The notes beneath the pieces were generated by a model. That model worked only from the letters and a program-made list of their open reading frames with translations. It was not told the DNA's origin and did no database searches. Source: Trichosphaerium sp. ATCC 40318 (taxonomy: Eukaryota > Protista > Tubulinea). From it: a DNA stretch of 64,000 nucleotides. A program made the position numbers and the translations under genes. Location of the stretch: NCBI GenBank assembly GCA_038496445.1, contig JALMLS010000450.1:204603-268602 (forward strand), read 5' to 3'. Positions 1-13,200 of the stretch are shown here, one piece after another. Position 1 is the first letter of the stretch, and every line of letters starts with the position of its first letter.

Positions 1-721
1 TTGATAAATAAAAACGTTCGTCGATTGAGCGAAGATTTTCAGTGTAAAACACGCGGTTTTGTACCAAGAGCTATCACAGGTGTTTCCTGTAGTGAACCAA
101 AAAAACTTGTGCGAGAAAAATTCGCACGTGACCTAAATTAGGCAATGAGACATAAGTCTTGAAATAATAGCACGAACTCATCTTTGAGCACCAAAGAACT
201 GTTTTCAAAAGTCACGGTATTAAACTCTACTAAGCAGTTCCCTGAAACATCAAACAGTACTAAAGTACACGTGAGTATTATGGTCACTTAGTTATTACGT
301 ACAATCGCTTTCTGGACCTTTAAATGTTATATCCTCAAAAGAAATATCACCACACATTACATCTAACACGGGGTGAGGCTTTATGAGAACCAATCGCGTA
401 AAATACGTGAGAATGCTTACGTATAGTAGAATAAACCTCCATTATGGTATTTACGCCCAAAAAATGGATACTGATGTGCGGAGGTAAGCAGAGCGGCATT
501 AAGGCTTCTATTGTAATATATCCATGTAGAGCAATTGTATTTTCACTTTCATTTTTCATCAAAACCAAATCAATAGCACGCTGTATAGTACTACAAGGTG
601 GGGATGTGTTGTCGCAAGTGTCATTACCCATCTCATTTACGTCTATTCTGTGACAATGAGCGCTGCTCGGCAACGTAGAAAGCACAATAAAGTAAAGTGA
701 TATCGCATAAAGCGGTTCCAT
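1..721 (-). CDS. Secreted/surface protein, 5' part only (runs off window start)
   Basis: ORF 347..721 has a hydrophobic signal peptide (MEPLYAISLYFIVLSTLPSSA) followed by GNDTCDNTSPPCSTIQRAI, the G-x-D...PC-x-TI-x-x-A motif typical of the N-terminus of right-handed beta-helix surface proteins. Further exons towards position 1 are likely. Confidence 0.55.
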
Positions 722-1318
722 TGAGGCACGTGACTTTGGTAAGAATTCAACAATTTTCTTGAAACGGGACGGTTTGGGACGTTTCTGTAACAGCGCTTTA
801 TACTTAAACGTACCCGGGTAGAAGAATACTTATTAAGTTGTATTCAAACAATGCAAAACAGTGAACATGTGATTCAGTTTTAGCTCATAACAAAGTAGCT
901 TTATTTGAACAAAATTTGCCTGCAGCCGCCATGGCTACTATATAAACACCTCCCTTGCCAACTGTAGCCGTTTTTATTTAAATAACTGATTAGTACAATT
1001 GTAGCGCAATTCACTGGCAAGGTTGGTTGACGCTCGAATTGTTACATGTATCCAGTAATATCGCGAAAATCTAAAAGACACATGTCACTTCTTTATTATT
1101 TTTTGGGTTGGCGCTTAGGAGACCATGGGAGTTGATGTATCTAACACCAAGTGTGAATGCTTACTGCATTGGCAGATTTATTTGAAGAACTTAAGCAAGT
1201 TAGCGCATGAAGCACCCAAGAACGCAACAGCGTTGGCGTTATAATTATTGCGTGCGATCAATGCGTTTGCGAGCGGAAAACTAGTTGTTGAGGGTTTGAT
1301 CGCACAATATATAACTAG

Positions 1319-3447
1319 ATGAGTACCGCAGTACTTAGAGAAGATGAAATAACAATAAACATCTCCTGGCAAGACCAAACCCCACAAGGCTCTCAGTTAG
1401 CACTAGATTCTACTGCAATAATATTTGATGGCGCTGGAAACGCTTTAGAGGCTGTATGACCGCTTATTCATAATTTTTTTGTTAAAATACACTTAGGTGT
1501 ACTTTAATAAGCCGCAAAATACTCAAAACAGCATAAGACATAGTCGATCGTACGAGAAAGGTACGTTGTAAAAAGAATAAACGTACTCATTACAAAACTG
1601 TCTATTTTAACGTGATTTAGACTTAGAACATACTGAATCAATTGTATTATGCCCACCGACGCTTCCCAAGAATGCCAGGGCAATAGCAATCGTGCTGAAC
1701 AATTTTGTTGGTGAAACATTTAGGTATTATTCGTCACGTGCTTTGACAATCCATTTTTCTTTTCAAAAAAACCTAAACTTTCATTCTTTAGCGTCGTTGG
1801 TGAGTGTGCTGTAACTATAGACGATGGAAAAGAATTAACTAGATTTACACATCCCTGTTGTGGGATGCACAGTGCAGTATTTATAGGTGTAGCGCTTCTG
1901 TAAGTGAAAATTCCATGTAACCTTTTGGCTCTTTTTGGATTTAAAGTTTTAACTGTTTTTTTGACGCTATAAAACTGATGTTATCAAAGGCAACCTGGCT
2001 ACGGAAATTGGTCATTTCATACACGTTGGCATTTCATGCAAGGGTCAGCGTTTGATGTCCTTATTCCTGAGATATTGGTAAAACTAAAACAGGATTTACC
2101 AAGTATTAAAGATGACGCTGTCATTTATTTTTTGAAATCTCAAGAGCTTACAAAAGTACGTTTTTATCAATGGTTTATGTTTATTACTATCCCTTCGCAA
2201 ACGCCCGTTAAATTAGCATTTAATGAAGAATTTTAATAGGACGATGTTCATAAATTAGATGAACGACTTTGGCTTAGTAGTATTAATGTTTCTCTTGCGT
2301 GGTCTATGAAGAATGATATTGACTTGATAGATCTTGATGCTTCTTGCGTACTTTTCGATGGAAGGGGTAGATATATTGAAGGTGTATTTTATGGAAAGTT
2401 AAAGAATAGAAATAGCTCTATTTCTCATAATGGAGATAATATAACAACACACTCTGATGATAGTAACGAAGTAGTATGATTTTTTTTATTTGTTTTTTTT
2501 GTTGACAACCACCTTCGTTGCACTCATGCCTTTTTATAGATTCATGTTAATTTACGGTGTGTTCCTGAAGAAGTCCGAACGCTTGTATTTTGTTTAAATT
2601 GTTATGGTCTTATTCCGTTCAAGCACGTGATGTCGTATTTTTATAGTGAATGGTTTTTAGTTAATATTTATGTTAGGGACGTTGTATCTACCATTATTCG
2701 TGTTTCAGATAGCTCTGATGGACAAGGTGATTTTACAATACGAAGGAGTTAATAATTGTTATTGATACCGTTTAGAACAAACGCGGTTTGAGTTAGAATC
2801 TGCTGGAAAACACACAGCAATGATAATGGCAGCAGTATGTATACTTTCTATTGGAGGTATTAAATTAATACTTGTTCCCAGTTGAGCCGTAGTGGTGATG
2901 GATGGTCATTTCTTCCTGTAGGAACTCCTGCAAAAGGTATTGTATCTATTATAACTTGATTGATGTATCTAATACAATGTAGGGAGGACTTTTCAAGATA
3001 TAATGCCTAAAATAAAATCTACAGTAAAAAGTGTATTAAAACGAGAAAAACCACCTTGGTTCGCGTTCATTTTTCGAACAAATAATGCTATCTCGTATAA
3101 CTAATTGTGGATTTAGGGACGCTGATGACTCTTCAGAAAATTGTATACTATGTTTGAAGAAATTCACAATACTTGAAAGAAGGGTACGTGCAATGAAATG
3201 AAAGAAATGCCATTAAAAAACCGAAGAGGATTTTTTTGTTCTTTGTTTAATCAAATCCGTTGAACTCATATTTATGTAGCATCATTGCCGCGCCTGTGGT
3301 AAAATATGTTGCCAGGAATGCTCACAACAAAAGAGACCTGTATTAAAGTGGGGATATGATGCTCCAGTAAGAGTTTGTGATAAATGCTATTCAATGAATG
3401 AGGCCTTGAAGTATGGCCAAGAAGATGACAGGAGAAAATTCGTTTAA
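1319..3447 (+). CDS. Tandem TerD-domain protein with C-terminal FYVE zinc finger (multi-exon)
   Basis: Spliced reading: MSTAVLREDEITINISW...LALDSTAIIFDGAGNALEAVYFNK (TerD 1); VSLAWSMKNDIDLIDLDASCVLFDGRGRYIEGVFYGKL...SISHNGDN...IHVNLRCVPEEVRTLVFCLN (TerD 2); WDADDSSENCILCLKKFTILERRHHCRACGKICCQECS...VRVCDKC (FYVE motifs WxxD, RRHHCR, RVC). Stop TAA at 3445-3447. Confidence 0.85.
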
Positions 3448-4215
3448 CAAAACAAACAAAAGAACACGAAAAAAAAATCCTTGTCAAATGGAATCATGTA
3501 CAGAAAATGAATTTATTTTTAGTCAGTCTTACCAAAAAAACTTTCGAAGAAAGAAATATCAATGTTATTTTTCAGCTCTATTTACTCAACTTTCTTGCTT
3601 TTTTTTTGCGTTGGATTGCACTTTATATCTGATTTTGAAAAGGACTAACAACTGTATCTGTCTAATTTTTTTTGACACATGTCATTTGGTGACACGCAAA
3701 AATTTTTCAGTCCTGAGTAAAAGAAAAGCTCAATAGTAGTTGTCAAAAATAAAACAACGATGGAAATACTGAAAAACATCTACGGGTCGTAAGTTGGGTT
3801 TTATTAGTAGCCATTATCGGGCAAAGATAGCATAGTGGTTGTAAACGCTAGTGCTTCAGCGCTTGGAAAACTGTTTGCAAGACGAAACGTTACTAATTTT
3901 ATCAGTAGCCTTGCAGCTCATTTGTTGTTTTGTCGCTGGGAACCGAACACAACGCTTGGCGTTAACGAAATAGCGCGGTATTAAGCGTTTTTGACTAAAA
4001 ATTAAAGAAGGAGGCATGTTACTTGCCTGTAGAGACGTATAATACCGTTTGTAACGCAAAGGTGGTGTCATAATATTCCCGATATAGCAATCACTCACTC
4101 TTACTCTTCCAACCTATAGTTGTGTTTATACAGCTCATATATAAACCCCGATTTTTCCCGTTAAGCTCACGTTATACTTCATTTTTCAAAATAAAAACGC
4201 ACCACGCATCCATAA

Positions 4216-7200
4216 ATGTCGTCAAAAGACGGAGAGCTGGCTGGCTGGGTTAGGTCGCAGAAACGCGTATGCTTCCGATAAACTAACAAAACAAGCATTA
4301 TTACTCACCATTACCGTTTTAGGCGTTTACTGGGTGGTGTAACACTCACCTTACAGAACATGGCATTGAAGTGAAAGATTTACAAAAAGACTTTGAAAAT
4401 GGTCTAGTGCTTATAGCACTACTGGAGGTACTAACAAACCTCCAATATCAATATAACGGTTCGATAGGAAATATCATCGCTCCCGTTTCCCAAATACAAC
4501 AAAAAACCGCGAATGCGCATGCAATACATGGAAAACATTGGAAAAGTACGGTTTTACGCGTTAGTTTGTAGAGTTGACACCATCTTTTTTGTAGGCGCTT
4601 AATTTTATAAAAGCGCAGGGTCTCCAACTTGTAAATATTGGTATGGTGCTGCACTGACGATGCAAATTCCACGTGGATGTCTGAAAACTGAGTATTAAAA
4701 TTTTGTGTTAGGCCCTCAGGATGTTGTCGATGGCAACTTAAAACTGATTTTGGGTATGATTTGGTACGTTTTAATGATTTTTTGTACTCATTCTGCATAT
4801 TCACGCTGGATAGGACCCTTATCTTAAGGTATCACATTAGTAAGGTACGTAAACGCGTTTTTAAGCTTATTCTGTAGTTTATCTTTTCATTTACCCAAAA
4901 AAGAATAAGTTTTAGAAAACTTCTCGATCTGTACTTGAGAAAGCGAGTTTTTTTCTACACTTCTCTTGATTAGATAAAACAAGTTCCTAACGTGTAGTTA
5001 TAGGGAGGTAAAGACGGGAAAGCGCTTAGTAAATCCGATGTCGTTACTTGGTTAAAAGAACATCTAGACGGTTACGATGTGCCTGTCAAAGGCCTTAAAT
5101 CAGGGTATAGTCTATATACTACGCGTATAGTAGCTAAATACGTTTAGTTGGCAAGATGGTAGAGTTTTCACGGCGCTTGTCGATAGTATGCAACCGGGTA
5201 TTTGTCCACTCGATGAAATGACCGGAGACCCATATAAAGATGTCGATAAGGCTATGAACAAAGCAAGGGACGAATTAGGCGTTCCGAAGATTTTAGAACC
5301 AGAAGATATAATCGATCACCCTGATGAGCTTGCTATGATAACTTACATCTCCTACTTTCAACAAGAGCATGTGAAAGCGGAAATAAGAGAAGAAGAAGCG
5401 CTAGAGTCCGCTCCAACATCACGTACGCGCAATATTCAGTTGTTTTCCCAAATAGGATAAAGAGTTTTAAACGAAATCTTTGCTGTTGTTAGTGTTTGTT
5501 TTATACGTTTTTGAAAGCTTGAGAATATTGCTAACGTTTTATCTAGCTCCGGATGTAAAAATTACTCTTCCGAAAAAAATCGTTGCTGGTGAAGAGGCTG
5601 TTGCGTCCCTAGCTATCACTGATAGCGAAAGTGGCGAAAATGTAACTGCGGAAGATCTGGATGAAATTACAGCCGAGGTTGGTGGTAAACCGTTAAAATT
5701 GGAGATAGCCGAAGATGGCTCAATCATTGCGAAGTTTACACCTTTGGAACCTGGTAAACAACTTCTTAAAATTAATCAAGGAGACGACACTCTGGCTAGC
5801 ATGGAGTTTGACGCTCTAGCACCTCCAGGTATACGAAACCAAGAATGTTGTGTTATGTAGCTTAATGTTACCTTAGAGCCAATATGTAAGGTGTTATCAA
5901 TGCCTGAAGTTATGAGAGCCGGAGAAGAAATTGTTTGTGAGCTTGCTGTTGTGGATAAGCTATCCTCAGAACCTATTCCTTTCGAGGTAGCTTCGCTTGT
6001 TTCAGATATCCCAGGCGCCGAGGCTCTTTCCTTAGAACCTGGTACTGGTGCTGAGCCAAGCGTAGTATTGAAGTTTGTACTACCAGAACCTGGTACGTTT
6101 TGTGTTTGGTGGTCAGTATATAGTTTATTAATTGTGAGGTGTAGGTGATAACCAAATCAAACTGAACCTCAACCAGGATGGAAAAGATTACCCTGTACTA
6201 GATAAGCCTATTAGTGTGCTACCTCCAATAAGTGCGCTTTTTTAATACTGTATTTTTGGATTTTGTTGACACCTTCTCAGCATTGGAAGCCGATGTACAA
6301 GGGGTAGATGGAAAGTTAGTTAAAGGAGAACCAGTGGCAATTGCTATTGCCTTATCTGAAAAGAATGATCAACTCGTTGATATCGATACAGATAAAATCT
6401 CTGTACAAATACTGGGTACTGAACAAGTTATTCCTGTCACCATAGACGACAGTGGTGCTTATGTTGCCACTATTCCTATGGATGTTGAAGGTCAACATGA
6501 ACTTGTTGTCTCTTATGATGATAAACCAGTATCATCAAAAAAAATCACAGTAGACCTTCCTCTTCGTAAGTTTTAGTACAAACGTTGTGCTGTGAACGCT
6601 TACTCTTATTAAGGTGTTGAGGCTAATTTATCTGAAGTGCCTACCATGTTCTTTGCGGAGGCTGACAGCGAAATTGAAGTTAAAGTTGAAGCTTTTAATG
6701 GAGATCTAGATAAAGATGCTATTTCTGCAGTACTGTGTGACGAGGACGGAAACGAGACACAAATTCCTGTTGTTGCTACAGACAACCCTCAAGTATTCTC
6801 AATGACTTTTGCTCCTCCAACGGCCGGTAATAACGCACTTGTCGTAAAATATAATGACGATGAGCTTGTTAAGCATGAATTTGCTGTAGAACCAAAGAAG
6901 CGCACGTCAAAGTTTTGTTGATACTTTATTGTTTTAACAACAGCTTTAGAAGTCGTAGCAAAAATTGATGTAACACCAGATGAGGCAAAGACTGGCAGCG
7001 AGTTGTTGGTTACTCTTGCTCTTGAAGAAGCTAATGGTCATCCATTTGACACTGATGGATGTCTTACTGTTGCTGTAAAAGGACCAGAAACTCCCTCTCT
7101 TGAAGTAAAGAAACAAGATGACGGCACATACACTGCTACCTTTGCAGTTAACGAACCTGGAGAGTATGAAATCGAAGCAACATACGATGATGAACCAGTT

Positions 7201-10200
7201 GGCGGTAGAACAGTTGTTATTGAACTACCTCTTCGTAAGTTTCTTAATATATTGGTAAAACCAAGCTAAATTGGATTTTTAAGGTGTTGAAGCTACTATG
7301 CACGATGCTGATAAGCCACTCATTGAAGGTGATGATGCCGAACTTGAAGTTGGTATCCAGGCGTTTAATGGTAAAGAAGATGATAGCTTATTGTCTGCTT
7401 CTGTTCTTGACTCTGAAGGAAATGAAACCCCTTTGGATATCGTAAGAAAAGGAGATAGTATTGTTATGGCTTTTAAACCTTCTTCTCTTGGTTCAAGTAC
7501 CTTGAAGTTGCAATACGATGGTGAAGATATTTTAACCCACGAAGCAACAATTGAGCCAAAAATAAGTACGTTATTTGAACACATGTATTGTACACACTGT
7601 TGATTTTGTCATTTAGGTATTGAAGCAGCATTAACTGTACCGGATGAAATTGTAGTCGGTAAAGAGTGCCCATTGACTGTTGAGTTTACAGAAGCTAACA
7701 ATCGCGAATTTGATGTTGAACCTGAAAAACTTGAAGTTGCGCTTGTTGGTCCCACAACAACTACATTACAAGTACCTACAACTGATGCTGAAGGACCTAT
7801 ATCTCTTTCATTCACACCTGAAGATGCTGGTCCATTCAAGTTAGTCGTTTCATACGATAAGGAAGAAATAGGAAGTAAAGACATCGAAATCTCCTTACCT
7901 ATGAGTACGTGCTATTGCAATTAATTGCTTGTTAAGTTCTTTTTTGCAGCTGTTGATGTTTCAGTAACCGAAGCACCTACTACTTATATGGTGGATAGCG
8001 AAGCAACTGTTGAACTTGAGGTTAAGGCGAAGAATGGCGAACTTGACGACAGTCTCTTGACAGCTTCTATTACGGATGCGGAAGGCAATACAAAACAGCT
8101 GGATGTAGTAAAGAAGGAGGGTTCTGATGACCAGTACACCATTGCACTCACTCCTGATGTTGAAGGCGATGGTGTTTTGACTGTAGCATACAATGACGAA
8201 CCATTGTTGAAGCACGAGTGCTCATTTGAACCAAAGAAAGGTACACATCTTTTTTATCAACATCAACAATAATATTGACTGTATTCGTAGCCATATCTGC
8301 TGAGGTAGATGTAACACCTGACGGTGTTACTGTTGGTAAAAAAGCAAGTGTTATAGTAAAGCTATCAGAGCTTCACGAACGTCCTCTAGATAGCTCTGAG
8401 ATGGCAAACATTGTTATAGAGTTGAAAGCTCCTGAAGGATCAAAAGCTAAATTAGGCAAATTGAAACAAGGAAAAGATCAGCAGTTGACAACTTCTTTTA
8501 AACCTGATGTACCTGGATCTTTCGAATTATCAGTTTCTTCTAATGGAGAAAATATTGGAGGTCGTAAAGTACAGATTGAATTACCTTTCCGTACGTGACA
8601 TGCTTTTTTTTCTTTCCGTCAATGTTTGTCAACTTATAATTTCGTAGGAGTTGAGGTTGATTTATGCGAAGCACCAACAGTTTTGTTCGCTGGCAATGAG
8701 ACCACATGGGAAATTGAAGTCAAGGCATTCAATGGAGAATGTGATCCTTCATTGCTGAAGGCTACAATAGTTAACCCTGATGGTACAACTAACGAGCCTA
8801 AAGTAATAAAGAATGATGACTCAGAAGAACAATATTCTATCACATTCACACCAACTGTTATTGGTGCTTCTCAAGTATCTATTGAATATGAAGGAAACCC
8901 AGAATTAGAATTTGTTTGCATGGTAGAACCTAAGAAAGGTACTGTCGAACGAAGAAAAGCATCTCAATGCTGTTGTTAACTTTTATCTTTAGAAATTGTG
9001 GCAAAGGTTGATATTACTCCAGACAATGTAGTTGTTGGTGATACTGCCAATGTATCTGTTGCTTTAACAGAAGCCAATGATCGCAGTATCGAACCTGATG
9101 TTCAAAAACTCAGTGTTACTGTTACTGCACCTGAAGGCTCTCAAGTACCACTTCTTTGTGCAGTTGAACAGCAAGAAGACGGTACATTCACAGTATCATT
9201 CAAACCGGAAGAGAACGGTACATATGAAGTCAGTGTGTCCTATGACGATGACAAGATCGGTGGACGAACATTGCAAGTTGAGTTGCCTTTCCGTACGCTT
9301 GCTTAAGTTTTGTTCTGTTGTTATACTAACAAATACGTACAGGTATTACTGCAGAGGTTGTTGAAGCACCTACCATGGTATTTACCGAATGTGAGACTTC
9401 TGTTGAGGTTAAGGTCGAAGCTTTTAATGGTGTCTGCGACGAAGCGCTACTATCAGCGAAGATTGAAGATCCTGAAGGAAATACGCAAAAAATTCCTATT
9501 ACAAAGAACGAGGATCAAGAACAGCAATACGCTGTTACTTTTACTCCTTCGGCAGTTGGAGAAAATGTCGTCACTGTACTATACAATGGAGAACCTATAA
9601 TGACGCATAAGTGCGCAGTTGAGCCAAAGAAAGGTACTATTCTTCTTTTGAAAGTTCGCTTCCTTACTTACCTTTTACCAGAAATTTCGGCTTCTATTGA
9701 CATCACACCTGATGATGTTGTCACTGGAGATACTGCTTGTATCAAGGTGACTCTAAAAGAGAACAAAGGGCTTCCATTCGAGCCAGAGGTAGAGAAGCTT
9801 CGCGTTTCTCTCTCAACTCAACCGGAAGGTGCTGATTGCACTTTGAGCGATATTGACGCCAAAGAAGATGGCTCTTTTGAAGTGACTTTCGCGCCTGAAC
9901 TCGCTGGTCCATATGAGATAAGTGTTGCCTATGATAGCGAAAAAGTAGGTGGCAGAGAAATAGAAGTAGCCTTGCCTATCCGTACGTGAATATCTTTGTT
10001 TTGTAGTATTTCTAAGGTTCTCACAATGTGTTGCAGAGTTGACAGCTGAAGTCTCAGTATCTCCAGATACGATTGTTGTAGGTGAAGATGCAACTGTTGA
10101 CGTTACGGTAAAAGAAGTTTACGAGCGCCCACTTGCTTCTACAGAGCTCGATAAAGTAACTATCGCAGTGAACGGTCCTGAAGGGTCTGCAGCTGAGATT

Positions 10201-13200
10201 CAAGATGTTAAAAACGAAGGAGATGCTTTCAAAGCTGTATTTACACCTGACTTACCTGGTGATTTCAAGGTAATAGTATCCTTTGGTGATGACAAGGTCG
10301 GCGAAAGCACTGTTAGTGTCGAGCTGCCATTACGTAAGTAGTAAACCTGTTTACGCTATTTTAACTTTCTTAGGTGTGGAAGCTACCTTTTGTGAAGCAC
10401 CAACTGTACTATTTGCAGAATGTCCAACAACTCTTGAAGTAAAGGTAAAAGCATTTAACGGTGACTGTGATACCGCTCTACTGTCAGCAAGCGTTGCTGA
10501 TCCAGAAGGCAATGTGTCAACACTACCAATCACCAAGAATGACGATAAAGAAGATCAATTTACAATTGAATTTACTCCTTCATCTGTTGGTGACAACAAA
10601 GTATCTGTAAAATACGGTGACGATCCAGTTCTTGAACAATCATTCAATGTTGAACCAAAGAAAGGTACGTTTACATTACTTTTGTACATTCTTCTTCGTT
10701 TACTTACAAATACGATTAGAAGTTGTCGCTTCACTTGATGTTACACCAGATAATGTTGTTGTCGGTGATGACACTCATGTTAAAATATCATTGAACGAAT
10801 CAAGCGGTCGTGATATTGACATTGATTCTGATAAATTGGTTGTAACATTGAAACATCCAGATGGTACCACAACAACACTTGAACCTCGTCAACAAGAAGA
10901 TGGATCATTTGATGCATCTTTCTCACCTGACAGTGATGGTGATTATGATATTGACGTATCTTACGATGATGAGAAAGTCGGAGGAAGATCAGTTCAAGTT
11001 GACAAACCACTCAGTATGCTTACGCCCTTATAATTTTATTACACTATTTTCATGCTTACAAGTCATAGAATTGGAAGTTTCTCTCATTGAAGTTCCAACT
11101 GTCTTATTTGTTGATGCACCAACAACTCTTGAAGTTGACGTTAAAGCCACTAATGGAGATTGCGATGCTACGCTATTAACAGCAACGATTGCTGATCCAG
11201 AAGGCAACGTTCAACAGGTTCCAGTTGAGAAAAACAATGAAAAAGAAGGCGATCAATTTACCCTTACCTTCACGCCTTCTCTCCCTGGAGACTCGAAACT
11301 CACGCTCCAATATGCCAAGAAGCCAGTGTTGGAGCATACATGCACTGCAGAGCACAAGAAAGGTAATATAGAATATAATTTACGCTGAGATCTGATTCGA
11401 TTAGAAATGGTTGCACAAATCGATATTACCCCAGATCACTTGATGATCAATGAAGATGCAACAATCTCTCTTACTATTTCAGAAGCAAATGGTCGCGATA
11501 TTGAACCTCAAGCTGAAAAATTGAGTGTTGTTCTTCGCAGTCCAGATGGTGCTGAAAACAAAACTGATCCATTGACTGCTCAAGATGATGGTACATTCAG
11601 TGTTGTGTTTGTACCAAAGGTCAATGGTACATACGATGTTGTCGCATTCTATGATGATGATAAAGTTGGAGGAAGAACTGTTGAAGTACACCGCCCTCTA
11701 AGTACGTACTGTAGAAAGTTTAACTACAGTTTGTATTTACTTTTAACCCAGAATTGGAAGCTCATGTTTGCGAATCACCAACTGTATTCTTTGTTGACAC
11801 ACCAACAAGTGTCGAGATTGAAATCAAGGCTTTCAATGGAAATTGTGATGATACCCTTCTATCAGCGGTCCTCAAAGACTCTGAAGGCAATGTACAAGTA
11901 CTTTCAGTAGCTAGGAACCCCCCAGAAGAGAGTGGAGATGAGGAACCTACTGACAAAGATACACAATATACAATCGCTTTTACTCCTTCTTCTTTGGGAG
12001 ACAATACTGTATCTGTAGTCTACAATGGTGGAAGTCCTCTATTACAGCACGTTTGCAGTGTCGAGCCACAAAAAGGTACTGAAAGCCAAAGATTTATTTT
12101 CTAATTTCGTACTTATGAACTATTCAGAAATCACTGCTAAGGTTGATATCACACCTGATGATGTGGTTGTTGGCGATAAAACTACTGTGACAGTCGTTCT
12201 ATCAGAAACTGGCGGTCGCGATATCTCTCCTGACCTTGATAAACTCAAAGTTGTTCTCGCCAGCCAACCAACAACTTCATCATGTCAAATCGATGATACA
12301 ACACAACAAGAAGATGGATCATTCACCACAACATTCACACCTGACGTTGATGGTGACTATGATGTATCAGTATCTTATGACGGTGATAAGATTGGAGGTA
12401 GAGCTGTAAATGTAGATCCACCATTCCGTACGTTACTTTTACTTATCTGTAATGTCAAACTAATATGTCTAAAAGGATTGGAGGTATCTCTTGCCGAAGC
12501 ACCAACAGTACTATTTGCAGAATGTCCAACAACTCTTGAAGTTGAAGCAAAAGCATTTAATGGTGACTGTGATGCCGCACTACTGTCAGCAAGCGTTGCT
12601 GATCCAGAAGGCAATGTATCAACACTACCAATCACCAAGAATGATAAAGAAGATCAATTTACAATTGAATTTACTCCATCATGTGTTGGTGACAACAAAG
12701 TATCTGTAAAATACGGTGACGATCCAGTTCTTGAACAATCATTCAATGTTGAACCAAAGAAAGGTACGTTTACATTACTTTTGTACATGCTTCTTTGTTT
12801 ACTTACAAATACGATTAGAAGTTGTCGCTTCACTTGATGTTACACCAGATAATGTTGTTGTCGGTGATGACACTCATGTTAAAATATCATTGAACGAATC
12901 AAGTGGTCGTGATATTGACATTGATTCTGATAAACTTGTTGTAACATTGAAACATCCAGATGGTACCACAACAACACTTGAACCTCGTCAACAAGAAGAT
13001 GGATCATTTGATGCATCTTTCTCACCTGATAGTGATGGTGATTATGATATTGATGTGTCTTACGATGATGAGAAAATCGGAGGAAGATCAGTTCAAGTTG
13101 ACAAACCACTCAGTACGCTTACACTCTTATAACAATCTTATTATTTTGTTCTAAGTAATTTGTTAGGATTGGAAGTTTCTCTCATTGAAGTTCCAACTGT

